A stretch of 59,379 nt of DNA, the filler included, from Sphacelaria rigidula (Eukaryota): assembly GCA_964200075.2 (NCBI GenBank). It is 7 parts of 7 records of this genome, joined end to end, with 100 filler letters (N's around TTAATTAATTAA, not from the genome) between each part and the next. Parts side by side here need not be neighbours in the genome. Positions count along the whole stretch, not along the records: positions 33,991 to 42,387 come from CAXNAA020011285.1; positions 42,488 to 50,883 come from CAXNAA020011286.1; positions 50,984 to 59,379 come from CAXNAA020011287.1; 4 more parts are not named here. One strand, written 5' to 3'. Below are positions 39,961 to 52,108 of this stretch, one piece after another (the first letter of the stretch is position 1; every line of letters starts with the position of its first letter). Made by a program: the position numbers and the translations under genes. The notes beneath the pieces were generated by a model. The model had not been told where the DNA came from. It saw nothing but the letters and a program-made list of their open reading frames with translations, and did not search any database.

Positions 39961-42900
39961 TGTACCAACCGCGGCGTGACGCCTGCGGCGGTACTACCTG
40001 CTCACTGCACAGCGGCAGGATTCAGGGTGGCACAGCACACCGCAGAACGTCGCATCCTTAGTCTATCCCTGTCCTGAATTGATTTCACGTTGCCCTATGC
40101 AGTTCGCCACATCATGCGTGCAGCCGTTGTATCGCAGCCAAGGTGTACGCAGGATATATACCTCCTCGCCACGCGCTGTATTGCTACGTCACATTTTGTA
40201 AAGCTGCCCGTGTTGCAGCTCGTGCGTTTGCCCCAGGTGGCGCACGCGGGAGTGAAAGACCGCCTCCGCCGCTGTAATGGCTGCCTGTATCTTGGGCGAA
40301 GCTGTATGGTAGCACAGCCGCGGCCGGTGCGCCCACATATACCGAAACGTGGAGACCGGCGCCCAGAATAGATGGGAGGACAACACACACCGCACACTCG
40401 ACGTTGCGCAGTACACTTTCCACATCGTGTTCGTACCGTCTGTAGAATTGTTTTGTCCACGGTAGGGGACATTTTCCGTATATAATGCAGGGGCAACATC
40501 TGGACGAATTGCAGGTGAGGCAATCGCCGAAATATTCACCTGCAAGCTCTGCTTCAGTGCACTGTATGTTGGCATCGCTAGAAGGACACTACCATAACCA
40601 CCTTGCCGGCTGCCAGACTGTCACAGACTGACAGGACGTAGGATCCGCTGGCATTGTTACTATTTGTACGGAGGTGTTGCCCCCTTGTCAGGTACGTTTT
40701 GGAGCATGATACTCGGTGTAAATTATCCTTGTACATGAGCACCAAACGCTGGCGGTTCTTACTCAAGACTTCGATTTGAAAGATGATACCAGGTAGGCAG
40801 TGGCAACAGCTGTGTGTCCAGATGCCCCTTGGAGAAGAATGCGTTTGGTGTCCGTTTGACGAAGTTATCCCCAAAAACCGAAGTCGATAGTGGTTTTAGA
40901 GTGGAAAAATCTAGCAAATCAACTGTCGAAAAAATCCGATCGCAAGAACCCTGACGCAAAAACACTATCGCAAGAATCCTGACGCAAAGACGAAGTCGCA
41001 AAAAACCATTTAGTCGAATTTTTACCCGCAGCAGAAACCAACTTGACTTCGTGAAATTGGAATTTGCTGTTGGCTTTTGCTGGTGGACTGGGAGGAATGG
41101 ATAAAGCAAACTGGCTGCTCAGTGATTTAAATGCTTTCGCGGGCTGCTTGTTCGTTATTTTCACCAATGGAGCTGAACGTGCGTGGAACTCACAAGACGA
41201 GTAAGCTGTCCTTGGAATGGTACAGTAATGGGAGCATATGATGATCGTTTCAATGAAATGTGTGCAGCTTTCTGGAATGCCCGTCAAGGCTGGCGACATT
41301 TGGTAACACTGTATTTCTTATCAGCTTTTACCCCCGTCTTTTGATCACACCCTGCATACCTTAATGTATTCGCATCCATGTAACCGTTTGGAACTTGAAT
41401 GAGTCAACAGTTTGGTTGCTTCAAAAAATAATCTGTAGTAACTACGACCCAGGAGGGCTAATGTGATAGGATGGCGAGCGAGAATGAAAATCGGTCTTCC
41501 GCCATACTCCACGCCATCGAGATAGATAGGGCCGGCGAGTACAAGGATAGGAATTGGGGCGAATATATATACATATATGTGTGTGTTGTGTCTCAATATA
41601 AATTGCCCTGTGTCCAGGGTGCTCCCGATTTAAATTTATTTCGGTGTTCGTGACGTTGCCGTCTCGGATTCGGCGGTGAAACTGGAGTGGTCTCGGCTGC
41701 ACGCGTGGACAGATAGCACCCTGTGGGGCGCACTGTGCAGGGTCCGTACAGGGCCCTTTCCAGTCTTTGTGAAAAACCCTGACAGTAAAATGCAAAATCT
41801 GTACCCCTCGTAGCGTTTTGATAAGGTTTTCCCCAGGGTTGGATTTGCAGCCCTGTGTAGGCACGTCAGCAAAGCCCTGCACAGTCATGTGGTAGTGTTT
41901 TGGTGGAAAAACCTCAAGTTTTTCTTTTGAAAATTTCAAAGATTTTGGCGCAAAATCTGTAAATGAATACATTTTCACTAGCTTGTCCTCCTGTCCGAGG
42001 TAATTCCTCTTCACCCGATTTGAATCGAGCGAAAAGGAATTATTTTGGACAGAAGGACAATCTCTTCAAACAGATCCTTTTCTCGCCCAATTAGTTTTGG
42101 CAAAGAAAAGGATTTATTTAGAACAGCAGAAGAAGCTGTTCGAGATCGATCCTTTTTCGCCCATTTTTGAGATGACCGAAAAAGGATCTATTTCGAACAG
42201 CTCCTTTTGCGGCGCAAATCCCATGCATACTGGCAGATTCGGAATCTGACCGGCAGAAGAAGCTCGAAATAAATATTTACTTTTCCCTCGAATTCATCCA
42301 GAGATTGGGGGAAAAGAAATTTATGGCGAGCAGCGTCAGCTGCTGGGCAAATCCCGCATACAACAGGGTTGCCAGAAAAATGAGAACNNNNNNNNNNNNN
42401 NNNNNNNNNNNNNNNNNNNNNNNNNNNNNNNTTAATTAATTAANNNNNNNNNNNNNNNNNNNNNNNNNNNNNNNNNNNNNNNNNNNNCGATGCTCCGCGG
42501 AGAGACGCGCCCCCCCCCCCTCCCCCCCCTCAGAAACCACCCCCCCGAGCTCTGTAACCCCCCGGATGTCGAAATTGTCAGCCTGTACAACTGGTCCGAG
42601 GCGACGCTCGTTGTCTCAGGGTTGATGCTCCTGACTCTGCTGGAAATGGCCCAAGTGCTTCTGGCGATGCTTCTTTTGTCAAACCTGCTTTGGTTATGCT
42701 TGTTTTTCCTTGGTGCAAAGTTACTCATATTTTTGCGGCCAGAATGGATAAGGAAGGCCCTGGTGATTGCTGGGTTTCGTCGAACCCGGACGCGTTCATT
42801 TCTCCTAGGCTAGGAGGACTTGGATAAGGTAAACCGATTTTGATGAAAATGAAGCCAAATAGCCCAATTTTCTTGCCTCCGGCGGCGCCTCCTCCCAGCC

Positions 42901-44545
42901 GGGGGGGGGAAAGCATTTGGGGCTCGCACAGCGAGCGTACTCCATGCGCTTGCTCGCTCGCGGTTCGGCTTGGCCAAAAATTATCGAAATTGTCGTTATC
43001 GAACGCTGAAAACGTCGATATGGTATCGAAGTGCTAGATGATTCGATACCCAACACTACTACGCTCGCGATCAAAGCCCAATAATTGGGTAGAGTGTGGA
43101 GATCGGACCATCCAAACACACAATGAGGAGACTGCCTTGCAAGTCTCGGAAGTCTCATTTTATTCGCACGTGGAGCAATATCCCAGGCGTACCTCGACAA
43201 TACGTCGTACGGGTACAGTAAAAACGAAGAAGATAGGGATCGCCAACAACACTTCTCACGAACACCACCTCCTCTTTACAACACCTATTACCGAAAAAGA
43301 CGGCAATCTTTCATGGTATGCCCAGCTACATCGCTGTTACAAGAAAACCACGCACAAGTATGACTTTACTATAATACGAGTACACCAGGGCGGGCGTATT
43401 GGTCCAGTGTGCGGACATGCAACTTACATGATCCGTTAATGTTTTGTTCATACACTGCACAAGCTATTCATACAAGCCGGGACAACCAGTGCGATACTCG
43501 AGGACAAGAGAGGTGAAAATGGCTCAGTAGACTTTCATCGAGAGCGTCTAAGGGGGGAAGGGTCCCGGTAGCCCTGGCACAACGGAGTGCTGAAGGTCAA
43601 CAGCACAGCACGGCGCAGCACAGAGTGCAAAGTACAGCTTGGCATAGATAACCCAACATTGTGCCAGCGGAGCATCCTTCTCGTTCGGCACGCAGATCAG
43701 GGGTGTTGCCAGCAGATGAACACAAGGGTTGTGCGGCACCTGTTTCTGCCAGTAATCAAAACAGGGTGCTTCATAGTGAAAAACTCATCATGCTACCGTG
43801 AACATCAGCAATAGCAACTGCAATACGTGCTATTTCGTGTCATCTCACGTCGTGTTCAGTACCGATGTATCGCTGCCTCGGGTTACCTGCCATCTGCTTC
43901 GCCGGACCACGTACGATAACACCCCCCCGACCCTCCCGCCCGCTTGCATGTCAAGGGTATTATTCAAATTCGACGTTAAAAGTAGGGCATGATACGAATC
44001 TCTGGCGACAGAACATGCCTGTCGACACATAGTAACACGAGGAAATCCAACCTTGGCCTTCAATGTCAACAAGTATTTCGAAAAGACCGCGCCCGATGAG
44101 CGACGTCTCCTGGGTGCTATCACTGTAACCTCCGTATCCTGCTGCTTCAAATGTGCCCTCCGGATGCCTACATTGTCTCACCGGATCATGTTGTAGTTCT
44201 TGTCAAACAAAGAAGATGATATCCTCAGCGACTGCGAAGGCACGAAAGCTAAGCAAACCGTATGACAACATGCTAGCACAAGGCACGCCTCCTGGATCCT
44301 CATGGTGCTATTCCCCCCCTCGCGAGAGTGCACAGAGCAATACGACTGAGGGACCAAAACCGCTCGCTGAAATCTACGCAAACACCCGGTACCTGTAATA
44401 AAATATAGAGGGGGGGCGGTTTTCAACCACAAGGTACCTATCGACTAGAGGTGGGTACCCGTGGTTAGGGTGGAGCACTGCTGGCCGCTCCACACCCATC
44501 AGTCGTCGCCCTTCTCTGTCTTGGACGCAGCCCCCCCCTTCAGCC

Positions 44546-47500
44546 ATGGGTAACGAGACGGTACTGGAGAGCGTACAGGTGTTCGGTCGCAAGGTCAGTT
44601 GTTGCACGCGTGCAGCTCTGCACACGCGTGAGTGATTTGAGTAGCTAGCACAAACGGCGGCCCCCTTTCTCTTGCAACGAAAGGGGTGAGACATTGGACA
44701 AACGGTGTTGGTTTCAACACGGCATGAGCTGTGCTCCACCAACACCTCCGACAGACGTCCTCGCTGTTACAAGCACGGCACCCGTCTTTGGTGCAGTAGC
44801 AGATATGGGTGTTGGATTCCACACTCGGCGGCCCCCTCTTTGACCTTGGAAAAGAGGGGTGAGATGCTCAAGCGAGTCTAGGCCAGCTGCAGGTGCTTTC
44901 TGGGCCACTCCTTGGTGAGGGCGATTTGATGGTGTAAATCGACTCTGTACTTGTATCGTACAGCACTGACTGTTCGGTGGGTTCATTATCCGTTGACGTC
45001 AAATGCACGCGACGACCATGTGCACCCATCGCATTTTGACTTCAGCAGGTGTAGGCATCAAATACACCTTGCAGTAAAGACACGGCATGTTTGCTCAACA
45101 CTCTCCGGTATAACATAATACTGGATTTGAACCAACGGAGTCTGTTGCCACTCGGTGTATATGCTGTCACCGAGCAGAGTTTGGGTACCGAGCCCATCAG
45201 CAATTAGTGGGTCCCCGTGGAAATGTTCTCCGACAGTCATACACCGAGGTGCACGCTTTGCCGGTGCTCTCTCCTCATGGTACATTTTCGTAGCGTGCCT
45301 CACCTGAGTCAAAATCCTGCACTGTGGCGATTCGCGGCCTGCACAGTGAGGGAAACGGTGGTGTATTCTGATACTGACCTCTGCACCGTGGCTAGCAATG
45401 TTGCTACTGAGAGGGAGCTCGAGCTATGAGCGCTTTTTTCGCCGGGCTTGAAGTACACTGCACAGTCGAGGCATAACTTGGCAGGCATGCAGCCCCCCGA
45501 CTCGGATTTAGTTTCGACACCGGTATCTGGTTGATGTGAAACAACCCGTTCTTGTCTAGGGCCGCCCCTGTGAGGTCTTGCAACACGCGTTTTGCCTAAG
45601 AAAATTGTGCATTCCTCCTATCCAGGTATGCTCTGGTTGCGCTTCCGTGCCAACCCTTACACAGCGATCCCCCGTAGGTGTACTGAGAGGTACCATGCAC
45701 ATTGGAGTTTAGAGGAGCTTTTTTTTTGTTACTCCAAGGTGACTTTTCATGAACACGTGGATATTTGGCATGAACATGGAAAGTGATACCAGGAAACCCA
45801 TGACCAGTTTCTACTCTGCCGTGAAATGCATGCAATGCATGCAGTGAGTATGTATCTGTGCCGTCGCCGCTGAGTACAGCAGTAAGATACAGACTAGGTG
45901 CGCCATCGCCCTGGACTGGACACAAATGCTGCCTATGCCTCTGCTTGGTGTTCCAACACGACGGACAGGGGAAATCTGTGCTTGCAGAACATCGGGCGTC
46001 AGACGGGCAGCACACCCCTCAAGCAGAGTAGCGAATGAGTTATTTGTACTACGGTCGAAATACGATGGGCAAAATCCACCAAGCCGAAAGACTGGAGACT
46101 GCGAAGTATTCCATATATAAGGAAACTGCGTGCTCACTTTGATGACCGGGATTGGTCAACATGGTCATTCCGTATCTAACCGGCGTCGTTGGCGTCGAAA
46201 ACTGTTGGCCCCGGCCACTTTGAACCCCTGAATGTCCACGGACTGGTGACCCATGAAATTTTTCTGAGGTGACGCGTGCCGTGAAAGGGTTGCGGTGGAA
46301 TTATGACTTGGGATCGTGCATTTCCGAGAAACTATCATATCGCTCAGTTGCACCGCCGACCGCTTCGTCAACTCCCTAGGATCGGAGTCCCTCGGAGTAG
46401 GATTACACGCTCATGGAAATCAAGTCGTGTTGATCTACTTTTACCAGAAGAAATCCGCCGACACAAAACTACCGTACATGGACTATCAAAGAGAAGAAAT
46501 TGCGTGAGCATTCTAATCGAATCTCTAGTTCTGACTAGCTGGCAAGCTCGAGTTTCACCCCAACAGGATTGTCATGGACTAATTCGCCTCGACTTTTTTT
46601 AGCAAGTGCATCGTGGAGCCGCCATTGAGCGATTCTTCGAAGATGGAACGGTCCGACCAGCGTCGTGTCCGTACTTTCGTGATTTTGTCTACGTCATCAT
46701 TTTTTGCCCTATCGGAGGGGTGGCCACCTTTGAGCGGTTTCGTGTCGAAGGCTGGTCGCACTACCCGAAGCGAAAATCTGGAACCTGCGGTTCCACGCAC
46801 GAGGTCAGGGAGACACGATCCGAATGTTTGGGGTCCACTTGAGCAATTTTCAAAGTGTCCGCCCTCCTGAGTATGCTTTGCGCCGTAAGAGCCATGTAGG
46901 TGGTGTGAAGCTTGTCGAAACAGTGAACTGCTGTGGAAACAACAAAATGCAGTAAAGTCGATTCATATTACATGGAAGTTACATTTGTTCAACATTTGGG
47001 CATTACCGCCAACCCTCCTCGGTTGTGTTCCGTACGGTGGATATATACGATTGAGCCAGCGTGTGTACTTGCGGTCGATCTTTTTGTGGACGGAAGAGCC
47101 ATGATGAACCTATAATCGGCGCTAACTACGTCGTTGACGGAAAATTAAATCTTGTCGACTACCCTGTGGTTCTGAGAGCTCTCCTGATTCGCCTAGTGCC
47201 GATCTGTCGTATACCACATCTTTGAAAATGTATCTATTCGGCCATGTCCGCCGGGAAAAATGACGATCTCCGTATCCTTGTCACGTGCTATCTACCAGCG
47301 CACCACACGTAGCGGAGAACACACCAGTGGAAATTAGTCGAAATTCTGGTGTGGTTGATGATCTCCTTTGTACATGATATTTCATACCCATTATCCTTGG
47401 GTTCCAGGGAATGGGGTACGTGTTGGTTGAATAAGACGGAGCTGATGATGATATCTTCTAAACGCTAACTACGTTGTAATCTGAAATAAATCATGTCGAT

Positions 47501-49049
47501 TTATCTCTGTGGTTCTGATGGCTCTTATTTTTCGTGTCTTGCTCACCCTCACGCGTCCCGAATACTCTGTGTGGTGCGCCCTTGCATAATTTTTGTGTTC
47601 ATTTTTACTCTCTTGTGTCGTGCCTGGGAGGGAGCCACAAACATGAGACCTACCCGACCTTTTTCTCTATCGTTCTCTAGCCAGCTGCATTTCATTCTGT
47701 GTGTCAATCGAACAGACATGGGCTACGATTCATCGATGATACTTGGTGAAACTCCATCATATCGATTATCCCCGTGATTCTGGCACCTCCTCCCCCGGCT
47801 TACACGGTCAAGCCGATGCCACTTTGGTTTCCTTCTTGTACCTCTTCGTGATATGGTATTCCATGTGTTGGGAGTATGCCTTACTCCGTCTTCTTTATTC
47901 TGCATCCGTTGATATCTTCATCGATATGTGATCGATGAAGATGTATTTTATTTTTTGCATGACTCCTTCGAAACCATCGGCACACGAACGATAATAAACA
48001 TATCATGTTTGAACGAAGCTTCTCGCCGAAGTGTCGACGCAGATCATGCGATCGCCGACGGCTCTCGTATATATGGTGGTTTCGTGTACAGTGAAGAATC
48101 TCGACACCTCAGACCTGAAATGACCACGTTACCCCCTTCTTCTCTCTGGTGCATTCACCCCGAGCAGAAGACCGCCACCGCCGTGGCATACTGCAAGCGC
48201 GGCCGCGGCCTCATCAAGGTGAATGGCTGCCCCATCGAGCTGCTGGAGCCCGCCATCCTGCGCGTTAAAACGTTCGAGCCCGTGCTTCTTCTGGGCCCCA
48301 ACCGATTCTCTAACGTGGACATCCGCGTGCGCGTGAGGGGAGGTGGTTACACCTCGCAGGTGCGTGAACTGGTTTCGTCCGCGTGTTCGATCGATGACCT
48401 TCAGCAGTCTCTTTCTTCACTGCGCGGTATTTACTCGTCTCTGAAATTGTGGGGGTATTCCTGTAGCATCCCCGCTCTCCCTTGTGAAACACCACATGAG
48501 GGGATTTTTTTCGTTCTCATTTTTCAACTGTGTGCGTTGCACGCCTGTACGAGTCGCGAGAGCGGTTTAGCGATCTCCTTTCCCTCGTCCATCGTGGAGT
48601 CGAATTTAGTGCACCCACGACCTCGCCGTAATCCACCGTTGAACAATGTGTGGGGAGAAATCTCGGGCTGCAAAGCCACCAAGATTTGAACACACTACCC
48701 AATCGTCACGAGGTTTTGAAGTTCACCTTTGAGCCACCGGGGTGGTATTCGCCTAGCTTGCCTTGACCTCGCCGCCTCCTCATGATCCCCTTCCGTTGTC
48801 CGTCCCCGATTTCCTACTCGACGTTTTTGACTCGTTCTGAATTCCCAGATCTACGCCATCCGCCAGGCGATCGCCAAAGCAATCGTGGCCTTTTACCAGA
48901 AGTACGTGGACGAGGCGTCCAAGCGTGAGATCAAGGACCTACTGATGGCCTACGACCGCAACCTCTTGGTGGCCGACCCCCGCCGATGCGAGCCCAAAAA
49001 ATTCGGTGGCCCCTCGGCGCGTGCGCGCTACCAGAAGTCCTACCGTTGA
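44546..49049 (+). CDS. RPS16: 40S ribosomal protein S16 (uS9), complete, 146 aa; exons 44546-44593, 48168-48359, 48849-49049
   Basis: Splices to [36 protein letters not shown]...[25 protein letters not shown]...[28 protein letters not shown], with canonical GT-AG phase-0 introns. Confidence 0.97.
47095..47182 (+). ncRNA. Intronic box C/D snoRNA candidate, copy 1
   Basis: C box ATGATGA (47101-47107), D box CTGA (47172-47175), terminal stem AGAGC/GCTCT, and guide CCCTGTGGT complementary to LSU rRNA ACCACAGGG. Confidence 0.75.
47438..47525 (+). ncRNA. Intronic box C/D snoRNA candidate, copy 2 (paralog)
   Basis: C box ATGATGA (47445-47451), D box CTGA (47515-47518), terminal stem GGAGCTG/TGGCTCT, and 13-nt guide TTATCTCTGTGGT. 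Shares CGCTAACTACGT and TGTCGA with copy 1. Confidence 0.78.
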
Positions 49050-52000
49050 TTTGTTCCTTGGTCGGCGGGTTGTTGGGGCGGGCGGGCCGGCGGGGAAGTG
49101 CAGCAAATATGCCCGACTTTTTGTGTCGTTTGGGGTGACACAGGATTGGAAGTTGTGGATGTTGTATCGTCTCTTGCTCCATAGCTGGGTCCAGTAGCTT
49201 GAACAACTAATGAAGTAACAGGGTCGGACGTCAACGGCATACGTGTTACATTTCCAAGCTAGCTTTTCCATATACGCCCTGATTGGGGGTCCCGCGGAGA
49301 GCCGGCTTGGACTTCAAGATCTCGACAGTATATCCGGCTGTCAACAGTGTATCCAGCTGTCGAATACGACGTCTGGGTGGTGCCAACTTTGGCCTATTTG
49401 CCTCATCTTGGGGGTCGGTAGCAACACCTGCACTCGCGACATGTGAGTCGAGGTTAGCACTCCCTCGGCATCGTTTTCGGAAGTCCCCAGTTTGAGGCTC
49501 CCCATGACCAGCCTGCTTGAAGACACGCGCATATTGCCCAGAGGCCGTTATCGATACGCCGTAATCGGGTACATCGGAAAAGAGGGCTAGGCCCCTCCCG
49601 GTGTGGCGATGCGGGATGAGTTGGTTCATGACCAGCGTTACACGTGTTACAACACAAACTGTCTGCTACGAGCTGGGCCAGCCAAGAGCCTGCATGAAGT
49701 TTGCAGGCGGATGCGCCGGACAGTATTTGTACTTGGACCCTGAACTTCGGTACGAACAATGCACGGGGAATAATGAGAAATCGGGAAGAAGCACATGGAA
49801 GTTCGTGTTTGTTTTTCGTGTTGAGGGCGTTTTGCTGAAACCTGAACACTGACAATTGTTCAACTCGAGGGAAGAAAACTCTAGTGTGCTTCTTCACTAC
49901 CTTGTGTTGTTGCTTCTTGCATTGTCCATACCAAATTTCAGGGTCCAACTCGAACTAATGCCAAGCGCGTTCGCCTTGAAAGAACCGGATCGGTGGAGAT
50001 TCGGAACAGTATATCGCAAGCCACTCTCCGGCGCATGTTAGGTTGTGTATGAAATTGTTCGTTTGGGCCCTTATCAGCGCACAACAAAAACGCCATCGAC
50101 TAGGGCGCATGTGTGAGCCGTCGTGCTCTTGTTCGGGGTGACTCGTGTTGAGCTGTGCCGTACAGACAGTACTCCCGTGATGCCGACCGCCTGGCCAGGG
50201 TTGTCGCATCTTGCGTAAAGATACGGTTGGTATCGCGACAGAAATTGCTTGGAGATGCAAGGGCGAAGACGACCACATACTCCTACACACGGGACATCAG
50301 ACAGCTAACGCCAATATGCATTCCTCTTGCATGTGTGATCCCGTGTACCAGAGCATCGCCCTCCTTCGAAGGTATACCGTATGAGCTCGTGTCATGATGC
50401 CTGTGGAAATATCATCGATGTACTGAACTGTTCTGGGCTGTAGCCAGCTAGCGGAGGGGAATTAAGCCCAGACCGGACCCGGACAGGATAAATACCCAAA
50501 CTACTCGATCTTATTGCCCTCTCAGCTGCTTTGAGTCTTGAGTAGGGCACGTGTGTCCAACACAGATATCTAGGGTTAAATCCGTTGGAGAATCGTGGAG
50601 AACAACGAAAAAATTCATGACTAATGTGTAATTATTACACAACGACCCGTACCCATGAACTCGGTACCTCATATACGACGACCACAGCTGTTTTCGGAGA
50701 AAAGCAGCAGCGAGTGTGCTGCTCGAATGGACTACAGGTTGCTGTTTGGAGGTTGTCGGTCGACAGTGGGGAGCTCTAGAGGAAGTACAACAAACAACTC
50801 CGTTGCTTGACGTGCTTCGATCGAAGCTGTCGTGCACGAACCAGCCCCCCTCTACAACTCGAGACCACTCGGACACATCTTGGNNNNNNNNNNNNNNNNN
50901 NNNNNNNNNNNNNNNNNNNNNNNNNNNTTAATTAATTAANNNNNNNNNNNNNNNNNNNNNNNNNNNNNNNNNNNNNNNNNNNNAGCACACGTGGAATAAA
51001 AAATTGACTCACTTAAAGCGAATGATCAAAGCCACTCTCAATCTTACCATCTACTCTCAATCTCACGAAACACTGTTTGTTGTTGTTAATTGGCCGCTGA
51101 TCACTCTCAAGCGTATCCTGTACTCTCAATCTCACGAAAACATTGTTATTAGCCGTGGAAAAGGCGTTCATGCTTGCACATCGCTAGTACAATGCGTGGG
51201 CAACGACGACAACCTTTCTCATTCCATACACGCGGCCATTTGGCTACACCCCAAAATGCCCCCGGAGGGATGCGCGGCCCTCCAGGGGAAAAACAAGCCT
51301 CCGGGGGCCTTTAATTCCTCCGGAGAAAACCAAAATCTACCAGCCCAGAAGGCCGCGCACCCCTCCGGAGAGATATGGGGATATGCGCGGCCCTCCGGAG
51401 GCAAAAATAAGCCTCCGGATGCGTGAAATCCCTCTGGAGGAAACCAAAAAATCTCCTCTGGAGGACGGCTCACCCCTCCGAAGGCGTTTAACGTGCAACA
51501 TGGCCCTAACCGATTGTGGGGAATGCCGTCCATGAGCTTTCAAATCGGCCATGTCGCTGCCCAGACTTTGCGCACTACAGGTGAACGCATATGTGCACGC
51601 GCAGATGCACAAACTTGGACATTTAGCGCGGCCAGGCGGCCGATGTGGTAAAAAACTGACACCGTTCTGTTCTACGACCCTCTCTGGATCATGACCATAT
51701 GTATTACCGATCAGCACGCAGTCTGTAGAGCTGCGCAGTTCATGATGACGCACGACCCTACGCGCCCTGCAGCCGCTGCGAGGCGTTAAAACTTTGCTCA
51801 TATGTTGTGCGAATCACAGTCAACAGTTCCGCATCGCTATTTCTGGTATTGTGCGCTGCAGGAGTGCGAACTAAAGGGAAAAGTGGTCAGATTCTGTTCC
51901 GAAAAATGTATTTTTTCTTTTCTTTTGGCGCAACAGTGATTGAAACCCAGCGAGCAGTTACCAATCCCTTTGCGAGCTCCAACCGTTCGCGCGGACACTC

Positions 52001-52108
52001 CACAGCCTGCCCCAATAACCCACTTTGAAGTATTCTGCCCTTGACAGACGGAGCCACTTCGTTCTCGCACACTTTACGTGCGGCAGATTTGTCTGCTGCT
52101 GCTAGACG

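Noticed and set aside
47928-48689. 253-aa ORF as an extended RPS16
   Set aside because: Only 48168-48359 is exon; the rest is intron read-through.
49246-50880. Convergent minus-strand gene downstream of RPS16
   Set aside because: Exon-like pieces exist, but there is no recognisable domain or consistent splice chain.
8399-50983. Regular ~8.5-kb periodic TTAATTAATTAA motif as a biological repeat or CRISPR-like array
   Set aside because: It is embedded in N runs of fixed length and is an assembly linker.
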